A stretch of DNA of 64,000 nt from Verrucomicrobiia bacterium (GCA_963664225.1 OY760937.1:4768001-4832000), one strand, 5' to 3'. Shown: positions 1-10,912, numbered from the stretch's first letter. A program made the numbers and translations. The notes: generated from the sequence alone by a model not told the origin.

Positions 1-1
1 C

Positions 2-304
2 GGCGGCAGAAATCAAATGCCGAACATCCGGATTCTCCCGCGCGATGACTGCAACCAGGGCGCGGAAATTTGCAGGACGCCTTCGTTCCCGCCGCCACAC
101 GGCCCACGCTGCGGCAATGCCAACCGCCAATACCAGCCACCAAAGCGGCTGCGTGTTCCAGCCTGTGAGGCTGCGCAATAACAACAGGGAAAGTTCCGCG
201 ACACACGTTGCCGCCCAGCAACAGGCCAGGCGCCACCACAGCCGGGTGCGGCGCAGTTTGCATTCCAGCGCACCAAGTTGGTTGTGGAGACGGGATTCCA
301 TCAT
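2..304 (-). CDS. Membrane protein of the MoxR cluster (5' part only; runs off the window)
   Basis: ATG at 304 overlaps the upstream TGA (ATGA). Open frame MMESRLHNQLGALECKLRRTRLWWRLACCWAA...WWLVLAVGIAAAWAVWRRERR has two TM-like segments and no stop before the window edge. Translated by hand. Confidence 0.7.
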   Translation of the reverse strand, partial: MMESRLHNQLGALECKLRRTRLWWRLACCWAATCVAELSLLLLRSLTGWNTQPLWWLVLAVGIAAAWAVWRRERRRPANFRALVAVIARENPDVRHLISAA

Positions 305-2396
305 GCAGATGCTCCGATGGTTTTCACGCGACGCGCGAGCCAGCCGCTCATGATGATTTCCCCAAGCATGACCGCAAGCACGCCGAGGATCAACCAGCGC
401 CAGAGTTTCTGGTTGTTTTCGAGTTCAGACTGCTGCAGATGCCGCTGACGTTCCGGTGTCTGCGCGACGGAGAACTCCGTTGGCGTTTTCACGGGCACGC
501 CCAGTCGTGCGAGTTCATCGGTCAACATCGGCGCGGTGCGACTTTCGTCCAAGGGAAGATTCACGGCGAACCTTTGCTCCCTACCGTCGAAGGTCGCCAC
601 ATAGATTCCCGGCAAATCGGTATCGGCAAAAGTTTTATGGGCGGGGAGTGTGGCTGTTTTTCCATCGGGTTTCTTCCAAAGCACCTCCGCATCGGACGCG
701 GAGGGTGAAGGAATCGAATCGCCCGTCGAGAATTGGCAGCGAGTCGTGGACTCAGCGCCGCTCCAATTCAGCATGGTTTGCATGAGCGGTGGAAATTTGC
801 TGGAGACGGCGAACTGGCTGTCTGCTGGATTCCAACCTGAGGCAAGCACCAGCAAGTTACCCTTCCCGACAGTGATCTGCGTCAGCGCGGGAGAGCCATC
901 GTCGAATTTCGCCAACACGCGAACTCTGGCATCGTCTGGAAATTGAATGCGTCTATGTTTCCAGAAATGAATATGCGAGAAATCGCTGAAGCGCGGATCG
1001 GCAAACGGGGCAAACAAAGGATGCGTGAAGTCGATCTGGCCGAGCAATGCATATTCGCCGGTCGCCTCGGTGATTTGGATTTCATGCAGATCAGTAAGCG
1101 ACGTGAGCGTGGCGGTCATCTGGGGCTCCGTCAAAACCATCAAGGCGGTCTTGCCGCGCGTCAGCCAGTCGCGCATGGCCGTAAATTCATCCGCTGCGAG
1201 GGGAGCGGGAATGACTGCAAATGCCGCTTGATTCAACAACGCTGGAGAAAAGACAGACTGTGTCGTTGGTGGAGCGATTTCAATTAGTCGCCGGGGTGTC
1301 CTGGAAAAACACGTTGAACGTAGTAGCGCAACTTCTCGGGATCGTTGGCCGATTCCAAACCGAACCACGCGATTTTCACATGCTCCACCTCGGGTGCCGC
1401 ATAATACGTTTGGTTGTCGAAGTCGGCTTCGTCACCGCTTAATTGAAGATTCCCCGCTGTCATGCCGGTGGGGAGTTTCGGCGTTGTAAAGGTGCGTGTC
1501 TGTCCCGGCGGCAAATAGATTTCCATTGGTTCAGCGACTGCGCCATTTGCAATGGGCGATGCCCAGGCCAATCGAAAATGTTCGCGGTTGGAATCGCGGG
1601 CGTTGGTGACACGTACGCGCACAGCGCTTTCTTCACCGGCGGGCGTGATCGCTTCAGTCATGATTTCCAGGCCCGCGTTGGCCTGAGGTCTGGCATCCAC
1701 GCGTTCAATGATTGTATTTACACCCAGCGGCCATTCGTGTCCCTGCAGCCCATTGAGCTTCGCGCCCTCCTGCAAATCGGTAATCAAAACCAGTTCCCGA
1801 CGTCCCTGGAACCTGCCATTTGCCGGGTTGTCCACGAACTGTTCGGCGGCGCTGGTCAACGCGAGTCCGAGCTGCGTTCCCATCCAGCCTGGCGAAGCAT
1901 CGGCCAACCGCTGCCGGGCCAGGGATGAGCGCTGGTCCGCGCTCCAGGAGGACCACTCCGCAAAACTGACGAGCGTGTGCGGTTGGCGGTCGAACGTCAC
2001 AATGGCGAATTGAACTCCGGGTGAGGCCTTGGCCAGGTAGCGTTCACCGACGGCGCGCGCTTTATCCCAGAGGCCTTCCCGTTTCATGCTGGCGCTCGTA
2101 TCGATCAGCAGAATGACGTCGCGGTTTTCAACGGTCGAGGCCGGCAGCGCGATGTCCTTTGAGAAGAAGGGCCGCGCGAATCCGATGGCAAGTAACAGCA
2201 AACAAAGACAGCGCAGGAGCAACAGCCACAGGTGCTCCAGTTTGCGACGACGGGTGATGCGTGGAGGCGTGGGAGTTAAAAACATCAACGAACTGAAAGG
2301 AATGCGTTCCTTCACCGCCCGGCGGATGAGATGGAACAGGATGGGTCCCGCCACCGCGAACGCGCCCAGCAAAAACCATGGAGAGAGGAAGTTCAT
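301..2396 (-). CDS. BatA-N / vWA domain membrane protein, split by an apparent 1-bp frameshift near 1300 (ORFs 1284..2396 and 301..1368)
   Basis: BatA-type N-terminus (MNFLSPWFLLGAFAVAGPILFHLIRR...PFSSLMFL), MIDAS motif DTSASM and LITD. The second ORF supplies the C-terminal FAVNLPLDES motif and TM anchor (LWRWLILGVLAVMLGE). Confidence 0.8.
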
Positions 2397-3358
2397 GGTG
2401 GCAACACCGATTGGGTTCGACGGCGAATCACCTTGCCACGCCTGCTGCGGCTTTTCAGAAAATCAAACAGCGCCAGTTCCAGCGGCTGATTTGTGACGAC
2501 GCGTTGAAAGGCAAAGCCCAGCTTGCGGCAGACGCTTTCCACGCCGGTCGTGTGCTGTTGAAGACGGTGCTGGTATTCCGAACGCACTGCTTCGGGATCG
2601 AGATAGAAGTCTTTCTGGCTTTCGACATCTTGAAACAGCATCGCGCGATCGTAGTTGAACGCGAGTTCATTGGGATCGAGCACCTGAAAGATCACTAATT
2701 CATGACCGGCGGCGGTGAGTCTCGTAAGGTTCCGCTCCAGTTCGTCCACCGGCGCCAGGAGATCGGAGATGAGAATGATCAGGCCGCGTTTGCGGGCCAG
2801 TTCGGCCGCGCGGCGCAACGGTTCGCCCAGATTGGTTTCGCCACCTGAGGATTCCCTTTCCAGTGCAAGCATGAGCTGCCGCAAATGTCCGTGGCGGTGA
2901 CGCGCGGGGAGGTAATCCTGCACCCGCCCTGCAAAAGTGAACAAACCAACCGCATCGCCCTGGCCGTTCAGGAACCATGCGAGGGTTGCCGCCAGCGTGC
3001 GCGCGTAGTCGGACTTGGAATAGTCTAGCGAACGGTAGCTCATGGAACGGCTTTGATCCACGAGCAGATGGCACCGCAGATTGGTTTCATCCTCGAACCG
3101 TTTAAGGTAATAACGGTCCGAGCGCGCATAGAGCCGCCAGTCGAGGTAGCGGGTGTCATCGCCGGGGGAGTATTGGCGATACTCGGTGAATTCCACGGAA
3201 AATCCATGATATGGGCTGCGGTGCAAACCATTCCAGAAGCCCTCAACCACGACCCGGGCGCGCAGTTCAAGATTGCGAATCGCCATTAGGGCTTTCGGAT
3301 CGATGAAGCTTTCTTCGCGTGAAAGCGAAGAAGCCGTGGTTTGCGTCAAGGCAGGCAT
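2393..3358 (-). CDS. DUF58 domain protein (MoxR partner)
   Basis: GLHRSPYHGFSVEFTEYRQYSPGDDTRYLDWRLYAR, DQSRSM and ISDL motifs; adjacent to MoxR. Confidence 0.92.
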   Translation of the reverse strand: MPALTQTTASSLSREESFIDPKALMAIRNLELRARVVVEGFWNGLHRSPYHGFSVEFTEYRQYSPGDDTRYLDWRLYARSDRYYLKRFEDETNLRCHLLVDQSRSMSYRSLDYSKSDYARTLAATLAWFLNGQGDAVGLFTFAGRVQDYLPARHRHGHLRQLMLALERESSGGETNLGEPLRRAAELARKRGLIILISDLLAPVDELERNLTRLTAAGHELVIFQVLDPNELAFNYDRAMLFQDVESQKDFYLDPEAVRSEYQHRLQQHTTGVESVCRKLGFAFQRVVTNQPLELALFDFLKSRSRRGKVIRRRTQSVLPP

Positions 3359-3422
3359 GGTTAAAGAGAATTAGCGCACGGTTGCATTTGTTGCCTGACC
3401 ATTCGAATTGGGCGGAGTGAAA

Positions 3423-4433
3423 TCAAATCTCCGGCTCCTTCACCGTTTCCAATAAGCGGCGGATGATGTCTTCCACGTTGGTTCCTTCCGCCTCGGCGCG
3501 ATAGTTTACGAGGATGCGATGCCGCAGGACGGCTGCGCCAAGCGCTCGAATATCCTCACCGGACACATGAGACCTGCCTTGCAGTAGCGCCCGCGCTTTC
3601 GCCCCCAATACAAGAAACTGGGCGGCGCGAGTGCCGGCACCCCAGCTCACCCAGTCGTTTACGAATGCAGGCGAATTCTTTTGTTGAGGCCGGGATGCGG
3701 CGGTCAATCGCACCGCATAGCGGATGAGATCCTGCGCGATCGGCACCTGCCGGACCAGTTCGTGAAAGCGCAGCACATCTTCTCCGGTCAAGAGCGGTTC
3801 AATGATAGCCGGTCGGCGCGCCGTGGTTTGCTGCACGACCGCGACTTCCTCGTCCTCCGGCAAATAATCCATCACGACATTGAACATGAAGCGATCGAGT
3901 TGCGCCTCGGGTAGGGGATAAGTGCCCTCCATCTCAATGGGATTTTGCGTTGCGAGCACAAAGAACGGCTCTGTCAGAACATGGCGGACGCCCGCCGCGG
4001 TCACTTGATGCTCCTGCATGGCCTCCAGCAGCGCCGCCTGAGTCTTGGGTGGTGTGCGATTGATCTCGTCGGCGAGGATCATGTTCGCAAATACGGGGCC
4101 GCGCACGAACAGCATCTTTCGTCCCTCGTCGGTGTCCTGCAGAATCTCCGTGCCCGTGATGTCCGCCGGCATGAGATCGGGGGTGAATTGAATGCGCTGA
4201 AAATTGAGGTGGAAGATTTGCGCGATGGATTTGACCAGTAGCGTCTTGGCCAGGCCGGGCGCGCCGGTGATCAGACAATGCCCGCCCGAGAACAGGGCGA
4301 TCAGGATTTGCTCGATCACTTCCTTTTGGCCGACGATGACCTTGGCCAGTTCCGTTTCGATTTTGGCGCGGCCGGTGATTAATTTGTCCACGGCCTGCGC
4401 GTCGTTGAGTTGATTTTCGGTTGCTGCTTCCAC
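3423..4433 (-). CDS. moxR: MoxR family AAA+ ATPase
   Basis: Walker A GAPGLAKT, RIQFTPDLMPADITG, Walker B LADEINRTPPKTQAALLEAMQE, ATQNPIEMEGTYPLPEAQLDRF. Confidence 0.95.
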   Translation of the reverse strand: MEAATENQLNDAQAVDKLITGRAKIETELAKVIVGQKEVIEQILIALFSGGHCLITGAPGLAKTLLVKSIAQIFHLNFQRIQFTPDLMPADITGTEILQDTDEGRKMLFVRGPVFANMILADEINRTPPKTQAALLEAMQEHQVTAAGVRHVLTEPFFVLATQNPIEMEGTYPLPEAQLDRFMFNVVMDYLPEDEEVAVVQQTTARRPAIIEPLLTGEDVLRFHELVRQVPIAQDLIRYAVRLTAASRPQQKNSPAFVNDWVSWGAGTRAAQFLVLGAKARALLQGRSHVSGEDIRALGAAVLRHRILVNYRAEAEGTNVEDIIRRLLETVKEPEI

Positions 4434-4474
4434 AATGCCTTATGGTTGGTGATGGGTTGATGGTTTAAGCGCGG

Positions 4475-5413
4475 TTAGTGGGTCATCAGATAAAAAATGA
4501 TGTTGATGCCGAGCGGGTAGCCGCGTTTCTCGGAAAACTCATGAAAGAACCAATCGTCCTCGCCCTCGCGCTCCCAACTGTCGCCGTTGTCGGTATTGTG
4601 CGTGGCGATTACCATGATGTGACCTTTGTCGTCATAAATGGCCCGAATATGAACGTTGCTGCAATCCTCGGGACTGCCGTCCACATAGCGGTGATTGGTT
4701 TCCCAGGTGAAATCGGTCGAATGACGCTGAACTGCAAAAGGCATCGCCGGTGTCTGCAGCTTGTTTTTCGGGACATTGATATCAAACACGCAATGAAAGA
4801 TCGGATGGTCCATGGGCAGGTCCACGAATTCACGATCGGGAAAGACGCGCTTCATCTCGCTGGCGAAAGTTTCCCATTGCCATTCGCCCCAGAAATCATC
4901 CGCCATTAGCACTCCGCCGTTAGTCAGGTATTTTCTGAGAATGGGAACCTCCTCATCGCGCAGTTGCAGCCCGCCGGGTTCGACCATGTAAATCCAGGGA
5001 TAATTGAAAAGGTCGGGATCGGTCAGCCGGAGGGTGCGGCCATTGGGATCCGTCCTGATGGAAGTAATCTGCTGAAGTCGGAATGAAAAATTCAAATCGC
5101 TGTCCGGAAAATCGGTGATCCAATTACCCGCGCTGCGCGAGGTATAGGGATCGCGGTCGCGGATGATGCGCACGAATGTAAAGACGTCCTTCTCGAATCC
5201 GGGCGCGTTGGTCCATTCAGGCGAGCCTGTGCTGTGCGAGGCAATTTCGCGTGCGGTGCGCACCTTGGTTTCATCCACCCAATCGCCTCCTTCAGTGCGG
5301 ACCATGTTCCCGTCGCCCCAGCGGCGTCGCGGGCCGAAAGGTTGCGCAATGCAAAGCCCGGCGAGAAGCGCCATTGCCGCTACAAGCAGGATTATTTTGG
5401 GGGAAGTTCTCAC
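4475..5413 (-). CDS. DUF4159 domain exported protein
   Basis: Signal peptide; WITDFPDSD, YPWIYMVEPG, GGVLMADDFWG, HPIFHCVFD and NTDNGDSWE motifs typical of DUF4159; MoxR context. Confidence 0.8.
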   Translation of the reverse strand: MRTSPKIILLVAAMALLAGLCIAQPFGPRRRWGDGNMVRTEGGDWVDETKVRTAREIASHSTGSPEWTNAPGFEKDVFTFVRIIRDRDPYTSRSAGNWITDFPDSDLNFSFRLQQITSIRTDPNGRTLRLTDPDLFNYPWIYMVEPGGLQLRDEEVPILRKYLTNGGVLMADDFWGEWQWETFASEMKRVFPDREFVDLPMDHPIFHCVFDINVPKNKLQTPAMPFAVQRHSTDFTWETNHRYVDGSPEDCSNVHIRAIYDDKGHIMVIATHNTDNGDSWEREGEDDWFFHEFSEKRGYPLGINIIFYLMTH

Positions 5414-5416
5414 ATG

Positions 5417-8014
5417 CTAAGGCGTCCTCTCCTGTTTGGAAGTCGGTGCAGGGGCTGCTGGTTGGGAAGTCTTCGCGTTCATTTGCAAAAGCAGCCGCTG
5501 GGCATCGCGAAATCTCGGTGCATCTTCGAGGGATTGCAATACATGGCGCCGGGCCTCGTTTTCAGAATCCCCGCGCGCATGAAGGAGGCTGGCCAATTGG
5601 TAGTGGGTCTCGACCGGATCGGGCGGATCCAGCATCAGCAATTTGCGATAGGCGGTGATCGCCTGATCGGATTTGCCCGTCGCCGAGCCCGACATCGCCA
5701 GGGCCTGGTGAGGCAATGAAATCAGCGGATTAATTGCCAATAATCGCTCCGCATATTTGGTTGCGTCGGACCAATTCGTGCGGGCCATCGATACTTCAAT
5801 CAGTCGGGCAAACAAGTCCACAAAATCAGATTCATGTGTCGCGAGCGTCTTGAGCGTCGCCAACTCTGCGTTGGTGTCGTTGAGGTTTCGCTGGGTCACC
5901 GCGAGCAGCCAGTACGGATTCTTCGCGTTGCCCTCTCCGTGATACGCATCGGCGAGGGATTCCAGGAGGGGCCTGGCTTCCGTCCATTGTTTTGCCTCCA
6001 TCAATTCAACGGCCTTTTTCATCCGGATGTTGAAGTTTTTCGGATGCGCCAGTTCCCAGGTTTTCATTTCCATCACATCAGCAAGTGACGGCGGTGTTTC
6101 CAGGTCCACGCCGGGCGCAAGCTGGTCGGCTTGCTCACGCACAAAAGCGGCGAACTGTTTTTCAATCTCGGGCAAAGGCGCAGTGCGTCTGGCGATGCTC
6201 TTGTTGACTTCGTCGCCGTCGCGCAAGTCGCTCAAAACTTGTTTCAAGGTTTCAAATCCATATCGTTGAACAAGAAATTCCACAACCAGCGACGACTCGT
6301 AATAAGCAAATTGAAGATGCACGGAATTGCTTGGCGACAGAAACGCGCCGCTGAGCCTGCCCAGCGGGGTCAGCTCGTTTTTCAGGATCATGTTGCGGTA
6401 GGCGAGATTCATTTTTTCTCCCCAGGTTGGATTGGCCTGGCGCTCCTCATAAACCGAAATGCCCTCGCTCAGCCATCGCGGCATCCGGTTCTTCGTGGCG
6501 GTCAGTGTCACCACATGACAGAACTCATGCCACAGCACGTCCTCCCAGTTGGCCGGATTCGGAGCCTGCGACGCCGGGCTGTTAGCCGTGATCACCGGGC
6601 CAAAGCAGACGCCGAGATATCCGGGGTTTCCCGGCATGCCAAAGGTTCGCACGGCAAAATCCTTTTGCTCGGGAAAAATCTCCACGGTGGTGGGCTGGGA
6701 AAGCTCCACGCCGTATTTCGCGCACAGTATTTTCCGGGCGCGCGACAGCAGGTCCAGGACACGATCGCCATACAATCCGGCTTCGTGCGGGGACATGCGG
6801 ATGATGAAGTCGGCGTTGGAGAGAGTCTGAAACTTCACCATCTGGTCGTGAAGCGTGGTCAGATTGTACGCGGTGACATCATATCCATCGTCCTTGCGGA
6901 CGGAATCCGCGAGCGCCCAGCCTTCATCCGCCTGGCCCAGGCGTAGCAAGTCCTCGGCGAGTTGACGCCGTGCGGGCAGATAGTCCGGCTCGAACTCCAG
7001 GGCGCGCCGTTGAGCCGCCGCACCTTCGGCGAATCGATACTTCTGCGATAACTTAAGGCCGATTATATGATCCACCTGCGGGTTGGTCTGATAATACTTG
7101 AGAGCATCCTCGCGGAATTGCTTCTCCTGCTGCGCATCGTTTCTCAGATCAGCCAGCACCGCACGATACGCCAGGGCCTCGGGGTGATAAGGGTTCACGT
7201 GAAGGATGAGGGCCAGTTGCTTTTCTGCCTCGGCGTATTGCTCGGCGTCGATCAAGTGATCCGCCAGCAGCAGCAGGCTGGGTATGTGTTGGGGATTGAC
7301 CTCCAAAGCGGTCTGAATGGATTTTTGCATTTCCCCGCGGTCGCTGGGTTCATACGACCGTGCCAGCCCGACCTCCATGTCAGGGTCTTTGGGGAACTTC
7401 ACAAGTCCGGCGCGAAATGCATCCGCCGCCAGCTTGTAGTCGTGCTTGTCCAGCGCCAGTTGTCCGGTGGCCAGAAAGCCATCGCGCGACGGCGGGTCCA
7501 GTTTTTCCGCGCGCTGAAAACAATTTTCCAGAACCAATCGCGGCTCGACCCCCAGCAGCAGCAACGCCTGACCCAGCGCAACAAGGTCCTCGCCATTCCG
7601 GTAGGAGGGTTGACGTTGCTCGATGATGACGCGTATTTCAGCCAGCCGACGACTGGCTTCGGTTGGGTTGTTTTTGAAGAGAGCCGTTTCCCGGGCGAGC
7701 AGCCGCAAGCCAATGTAGGAGGAATAATTATTGAGACCATTCGTGGCATTCGTGTAGGCCTCATCGTAACGCCCCATGGTCATCAGGGCTTTCACCAGCA
7801 GTTTTCGCCAGTCCGTGCGATAACTGCCATCCTCCAGTTCCTTTTTCGCAGCCTTGATGACGTCGGTATAGTTACCGTGCAGATACAACTCGTTGGCATT
7901 TTCCAACGATTCCGCCCAAGCATTGCCTGCCAGAAGTAAAATGCCGGTGCAAACCAGTCGAAATGCAATCAGCATCAACAAGCTCACACGACAAATGGTT
8001 GTCCGGGCGGGCAT
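5417..8014 (-). CDS. TPR-repeat protein with peptidase MA-like zincin domain (start uncertain: 7975, 8014 or 8053)
   Basis: Signal peptide, many TPR-like helices, HEFCH (HExxH) followed by PRWLSEGISVYEE and a later AYYES motif. Confidence 0.8.
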   Translation of the reverse strand: MPARTTICRVSLLMLIAFRLVCTGILLLAGNAWAESLENANELYLHGNYTDVIKAAKKELEDGSYRTDWRKLLVKALMTMGRYDEAYTNATNGLNNYSSYIGLRLLARETALFKNNPTEASRRLAEIRVIIEQRQPSYRNGEDLVALGQALLLLGVEPRLVLENCFQRAEKLDPPSRDGFLATGQLALDKHDYKLAADAFRAGLVKFPKDPDMEVGLARSYEPSDRGEMQKSIQTALEVNPQHIPSLLLLADHLIDAEQYAEAEKQLALILHVNPYHPEALAYRAVLADLRNDAQQEKQFREDALKYYQTNPQVDHIIGLKLSQKYRFAEGAAAQRRALEFEPDYLPARRQLAEDLLRLGQADEGWALADSVRKDDGYDVTAYNLTTLHDQMVKFQTLSNADFIIRMSPHEAGLYGDRVLDLLSRARKILCAKYGVELSQPTTVEIFPEQKDFAVRTFGMPGNPGYLGVCFGPVITANSPASQAPNPANWEDVLWHEFCHVVTLTATKNRMPRWLSEGISVYEERQANPTWGEKMNLAYRNMILKNELTPLGRLSGAFLSPSNSVHLQFAYYESSLVVEFLVQRYGFETLKQVLSDLRDGDEVNKSIARRTAPLPEIEKQFAAFVREQADQLAPGVDLETPPSLADVMEMKTWELAHPKNFNIRMKKAVELMEAKQWTEARPLLESLADAYHGEGNAKNPYWLLAVTQRNLNDTNAELATLKTLATHESDFVDLFARLIEVSMARTNWSDATKYAERLLAINPLISLPHQALAMSGSATGKSDQAITAYRKLLMLDPPDPVETHYQLASLLHARGDSENEARRHVLQSLEDAPRFRDAQRLLLQMNAKTSQPAAPAPTSKQERTP

Positions 8015-8136
8015 ATCCTGACAACACCTTCGCTCATTTGCCGCACGAAGCAATGCGCATTCGTCTATTTGGCGTTACCAAATAGACGTCCGGTTATCAG
8101 AGCTCTTCAGCATCCAAATCCACTGGCAATCCTCAA

Positions 8137-10908
8137 TCACTGGCGTTTCGAAGAAAACGAATAACGGCCGGACTCGATCCGATACACGGCGACACCCTTT
8201 TCGGAACGCAGGAATTTAACGTCCGGCGATTGCGTGGCCGGGCGACCGGACTCAAGAACGGTTGATGGATCGACTGTCGGGACAAAAACCGTGGCCGTGG
8301 TGTTCGCGGGGACGGTGACGTCCAGGGTTAGCCGGTTGCTTTCTTTTTTCCAGGAGGTTTGGATTTCGCCACTGATCGAGCGATAGCTTGTCCTTGCCCA
8401 CTGGAGTTGATCGGCGATGATCGGTTGAATGCGGATATCTTTGTATCCCGGGGTTTCGGCCTGGATGCCGCCGAGCATGCCAAACAGGTATTCGCCCATG
8501 GTTCCCCAGACGATGTGGTTGAATGAGTTCATGCCCGGATCCTGGAATCCTTTCTCGGGAGTATAAGAATCCCAACGTTCCCAAACCGTGGTGGCGCCCT
8601 GTTTGACCATGAAGAGCCAGGAGGGATATGACTCCTGAAAAACGAGGCGGCAGGCATCTGTGTCCAGACCGGCATTATGGAGTCCGGGAAGCAACCGCGC
8701 AGCGCCGATGAATCCAGTGGCAGGGTGCCAGTCGAACCGGGCAATCTCCCTGGCATAGGCTGCCGACATCTTATCTTTCAGCTCAGGCGGGACGAGGCCC
8801 ATGGTGAAAGCAAGGGCGTAGCCGGTCTGGCTGCTCCCTTCAATGGAACCATCCGGACGCAGAAACGCGCGCGTGAAGGCCGCCTTGATTTGATCGGCAA
8901 GGTCGCGGTAATGCGTGGCATCGTCGGTTCGGCCGATGGCTTGAGCCATTTCGGCCATCAGTCCGGTTAGATAGGCGTAATATGCGGTGGCGATGACTTC
9001 GTTTTTGGCGCTGCCGCCCAGGTTCAGCCAATCGCCTGGTCCCTCGAGATGGCGTATTTGATTAGTGGCGGTTTGTGTGAGGAAGGCATGATGTCGGCGC
9101 ATGGCCTCGAAATGTTCGGATACCGCACGGGTATCGCCATAAGCCCGGTAAATCTCGTAGGGACAGATGATGCCCGCATCGCCCCATCCATCGCTCTGGC
9201 CAGGGAACATGCCGTAGTAGGGAGCGATATCGGCAAACACGCCCCGGGCTGATTGGGAATCGTCGCAGAGATCCACGAGCCATTTGTTAAAGAATGCGGC
9301 GACGTCCATATTGTAAAGGGCCGTGGGGAGGAAGAACTGGTGGTCGCCCGTGCAGCCAGTGCGTTCGTCGCGATTCGGGCAATCGGTGGGAACGCCCATG
9401 TAATTGGCCCGTTGCGACCATTGGATATTCGCGGCCAATTTTGTCAGTAAAGGGTTGGAACATTCGAAGCTTCCGGTGTCGCGAAAGCTGGTATGAAACA
9501 TCCGGCCCAGTATGGCGTTGGTGGATGGGCGCGAAGGCAGCCCCGTCACTTCCACATAACGGAAACCATGATAGGTGAAGTGAGGTTCGAATACTTCGGT
9601 TTTCCCACCGCCCTTGAAGATGTAGTGCTCCTCCGCAAGCGCACCGCGAAGGTTTTTGGTGTAAACCGTGCCGTCGGGATTAAGCACTTCGGCGTGCCGC
9701 AAGGTGACGGCGGCCCCAGCGGGCGCCTGCGCGGCCAGACGGCACCAGCCGGCGATGTTTTGGCCGAGATCAAAAACATAAACGCCAGGTTTGGGTTCCG
9801 TGAGAGCCACCGGTTTGAACTTATGCGTGACGCGGATGGGTTCGCTGCGCTGCCAGACGAGCTTGCCGACCTTCAGATTGGCGCCTAGAGCGGCGGTTTG
9901 CCAGGTCGAGTCGTTGAAACCGGCCCGATCCCATCCCTGCATTTCCATGCGCGCGTCGTAGGATTCTCCCTCGTAAATGCCAGATTGGCGAAGCGGCCCC
10001 TTGGTGGATACGCGCCAGGTATCATCCGTGGCAAACACATGGCGCTGGCCGTCGGTGGTTTCGACTTCGAGCTGGGCCAGCAGCCATGGGCGGTCCCCAA
10101 AGATGCGTGGACGCTGCGGCCAGCAAATGAAGCTGCCGCAATACCAGCCGTTGCCGACAATTGCGCCGATGGCGTTGTCGCCCTTGCGAAGCAAGTCAGT
10201 GACTTCAATCGAATCGACCTGCACCCGATGGGTGTAACGGGTCCATTCCGGAGCGAGGAGATGATCGCTCACGCGCTGGCCGTTGATCCTGAGTTCATAG
10301 AGACCCAGGGCGGTGACATGGACGGTGGCGCGGCGTATTGGCTGATCCAGGTGGAAGCCTTTTCGAAGATAACGCGGGGTTGGCAAAGGCGCTTTGAGAT
10401 TGGCGGCGGCATCACCGGAAAACGCGCCTTCCTCGGAGCCGATCCAGCGGGCTTGCCAGTCTTCGGGATTCAGCAGTCCCATTGTCCACAACGCAGGCTC
10501 GCTCCATGCGGAGGCGCGGCCATCCTGATTCCAAACACGCACTTTCCAATAGCATTGTTGACGTGATGCGAGCGACTGGCCCGCGTAGGCGATCTGGGCA
10601 CTCTGGTTCGATGTGACCTTGCCGCTATCCCAGAGGTCGCCATCGTTGGCACGAAGTCGTTTTTGAGAAGAGGCAACCAGCAATTGCCACGCGGTCTGGC
10701 GCTCCCCGCGCCGATCAGACACGGGCAGCCAGCTCAGGCGTGGTTCCTTGATATCCAGCCCCTGAGGGTCCTGACGATACTCACAACGCAGATCGGTGGG
10801 GCGCAGCGCCCCGGCTGTGGTGGCCGGTGCATTTGCCAGCAGGACACCAAACGCGAGGAGGACTGAGGAAATAATCGATTTCATAGGCTGGTTCTGGCGC
10901 CGTTTCAT
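8137..10908 (-). CDS. Glycoside hydrolase family 78 (alpha-L-rhamnosidase-like), secreted
   Basis: LRCEY...PRLSW, ALGLYELRING, FDLGQNIAGW, FTYHGFRYVEV, PTDCPNRDER, GATTVWERW and MNSFNH motifs. Confidence 0.9.
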   Translation of the reverse strand: MKRRQNQPMKSIISSVLLAFGVLLANAPATTAGALRPTDLRCEYRQDPQGLDIKEPRLSWLPVSDRRGERQTAWQLLVASSQKRLRANDGDLWDSGKVTSNQSAQIAYAGQSLASRQQCYWKVRVWNQDGRASAWSEPALWTMGLLNPEDWQARWIGSEEGAFSGDAAANLKAPLPTPRYLRKGFHLDQPIRRATVHVTALGLYELRINGQRVSDHLLAPEWTRYTHRVQVDSIEVTDLLRKGDNAIGAIVGNGWYCGSFICWPQRPRIFGDRPWLLAQLEVETTDGQRHVFATDDTWRVSTKGPLRQSGIYEGESYDARMEMQGWDRAGFNDSTWQTAALGANLKVGKLVWQRSEPIRVTHKFKPVALTEPKPGVYVFDLGQNIAGWCRLAAQAPAGAAVTLRHAEVLNPDGTVYTKNLRGALAEEHYIFKGGGKTEVFEPHFTYHGFRYVEVTGLPSRPSTNAILGRMFHTSFRDTGSFECSNPLLTKLAANIQWSQRANYMGVPTDCPNRDERTGCTGDHQFFLPTALYNMDVAAFFNKWLVDLCDDSQSARGVFADIAPYYGMFPGQSDGWGDAGIICPYEIYRAYGDTRAVSEHFEAMRRHHAFLTQTATNQIRHLEGPGDWLNLGGSAKNEVIATAYYAYLTGLMAEMAQAIGRTDDATHYRDLADQIKAAFTRAFLRPDGSIEGSSQTGYALAFTMGLVPPELKDKMSAAYAREIARFDWHPATGFIGAARLLPGLHNAGLDTDACRLVFQESYPSWLFMVKQGATTVWERWDSYTPEKGFQDPGMNSFNHIVWGTMGEYLFGMLGGIQAETPGYKDIRIQPIIADQLQWARTSYRSISGEIQTSWKKESNRLTLDVTVPANTTATVFVPTVDPSTVLESGRPATQSPDVKFLRSEKGVAVYRIESGRYSFSSKRQ

Positions 10909-10912
10909 TCGG

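Noticed and set aside
1296..1312. Programmed -1 ribosomal frameshift in the BatA/vWA gene
   Set aside because: No in-phase X XXY YYZ heptamer; a similar 1-bp deletion elsewhere favours sequencing error.
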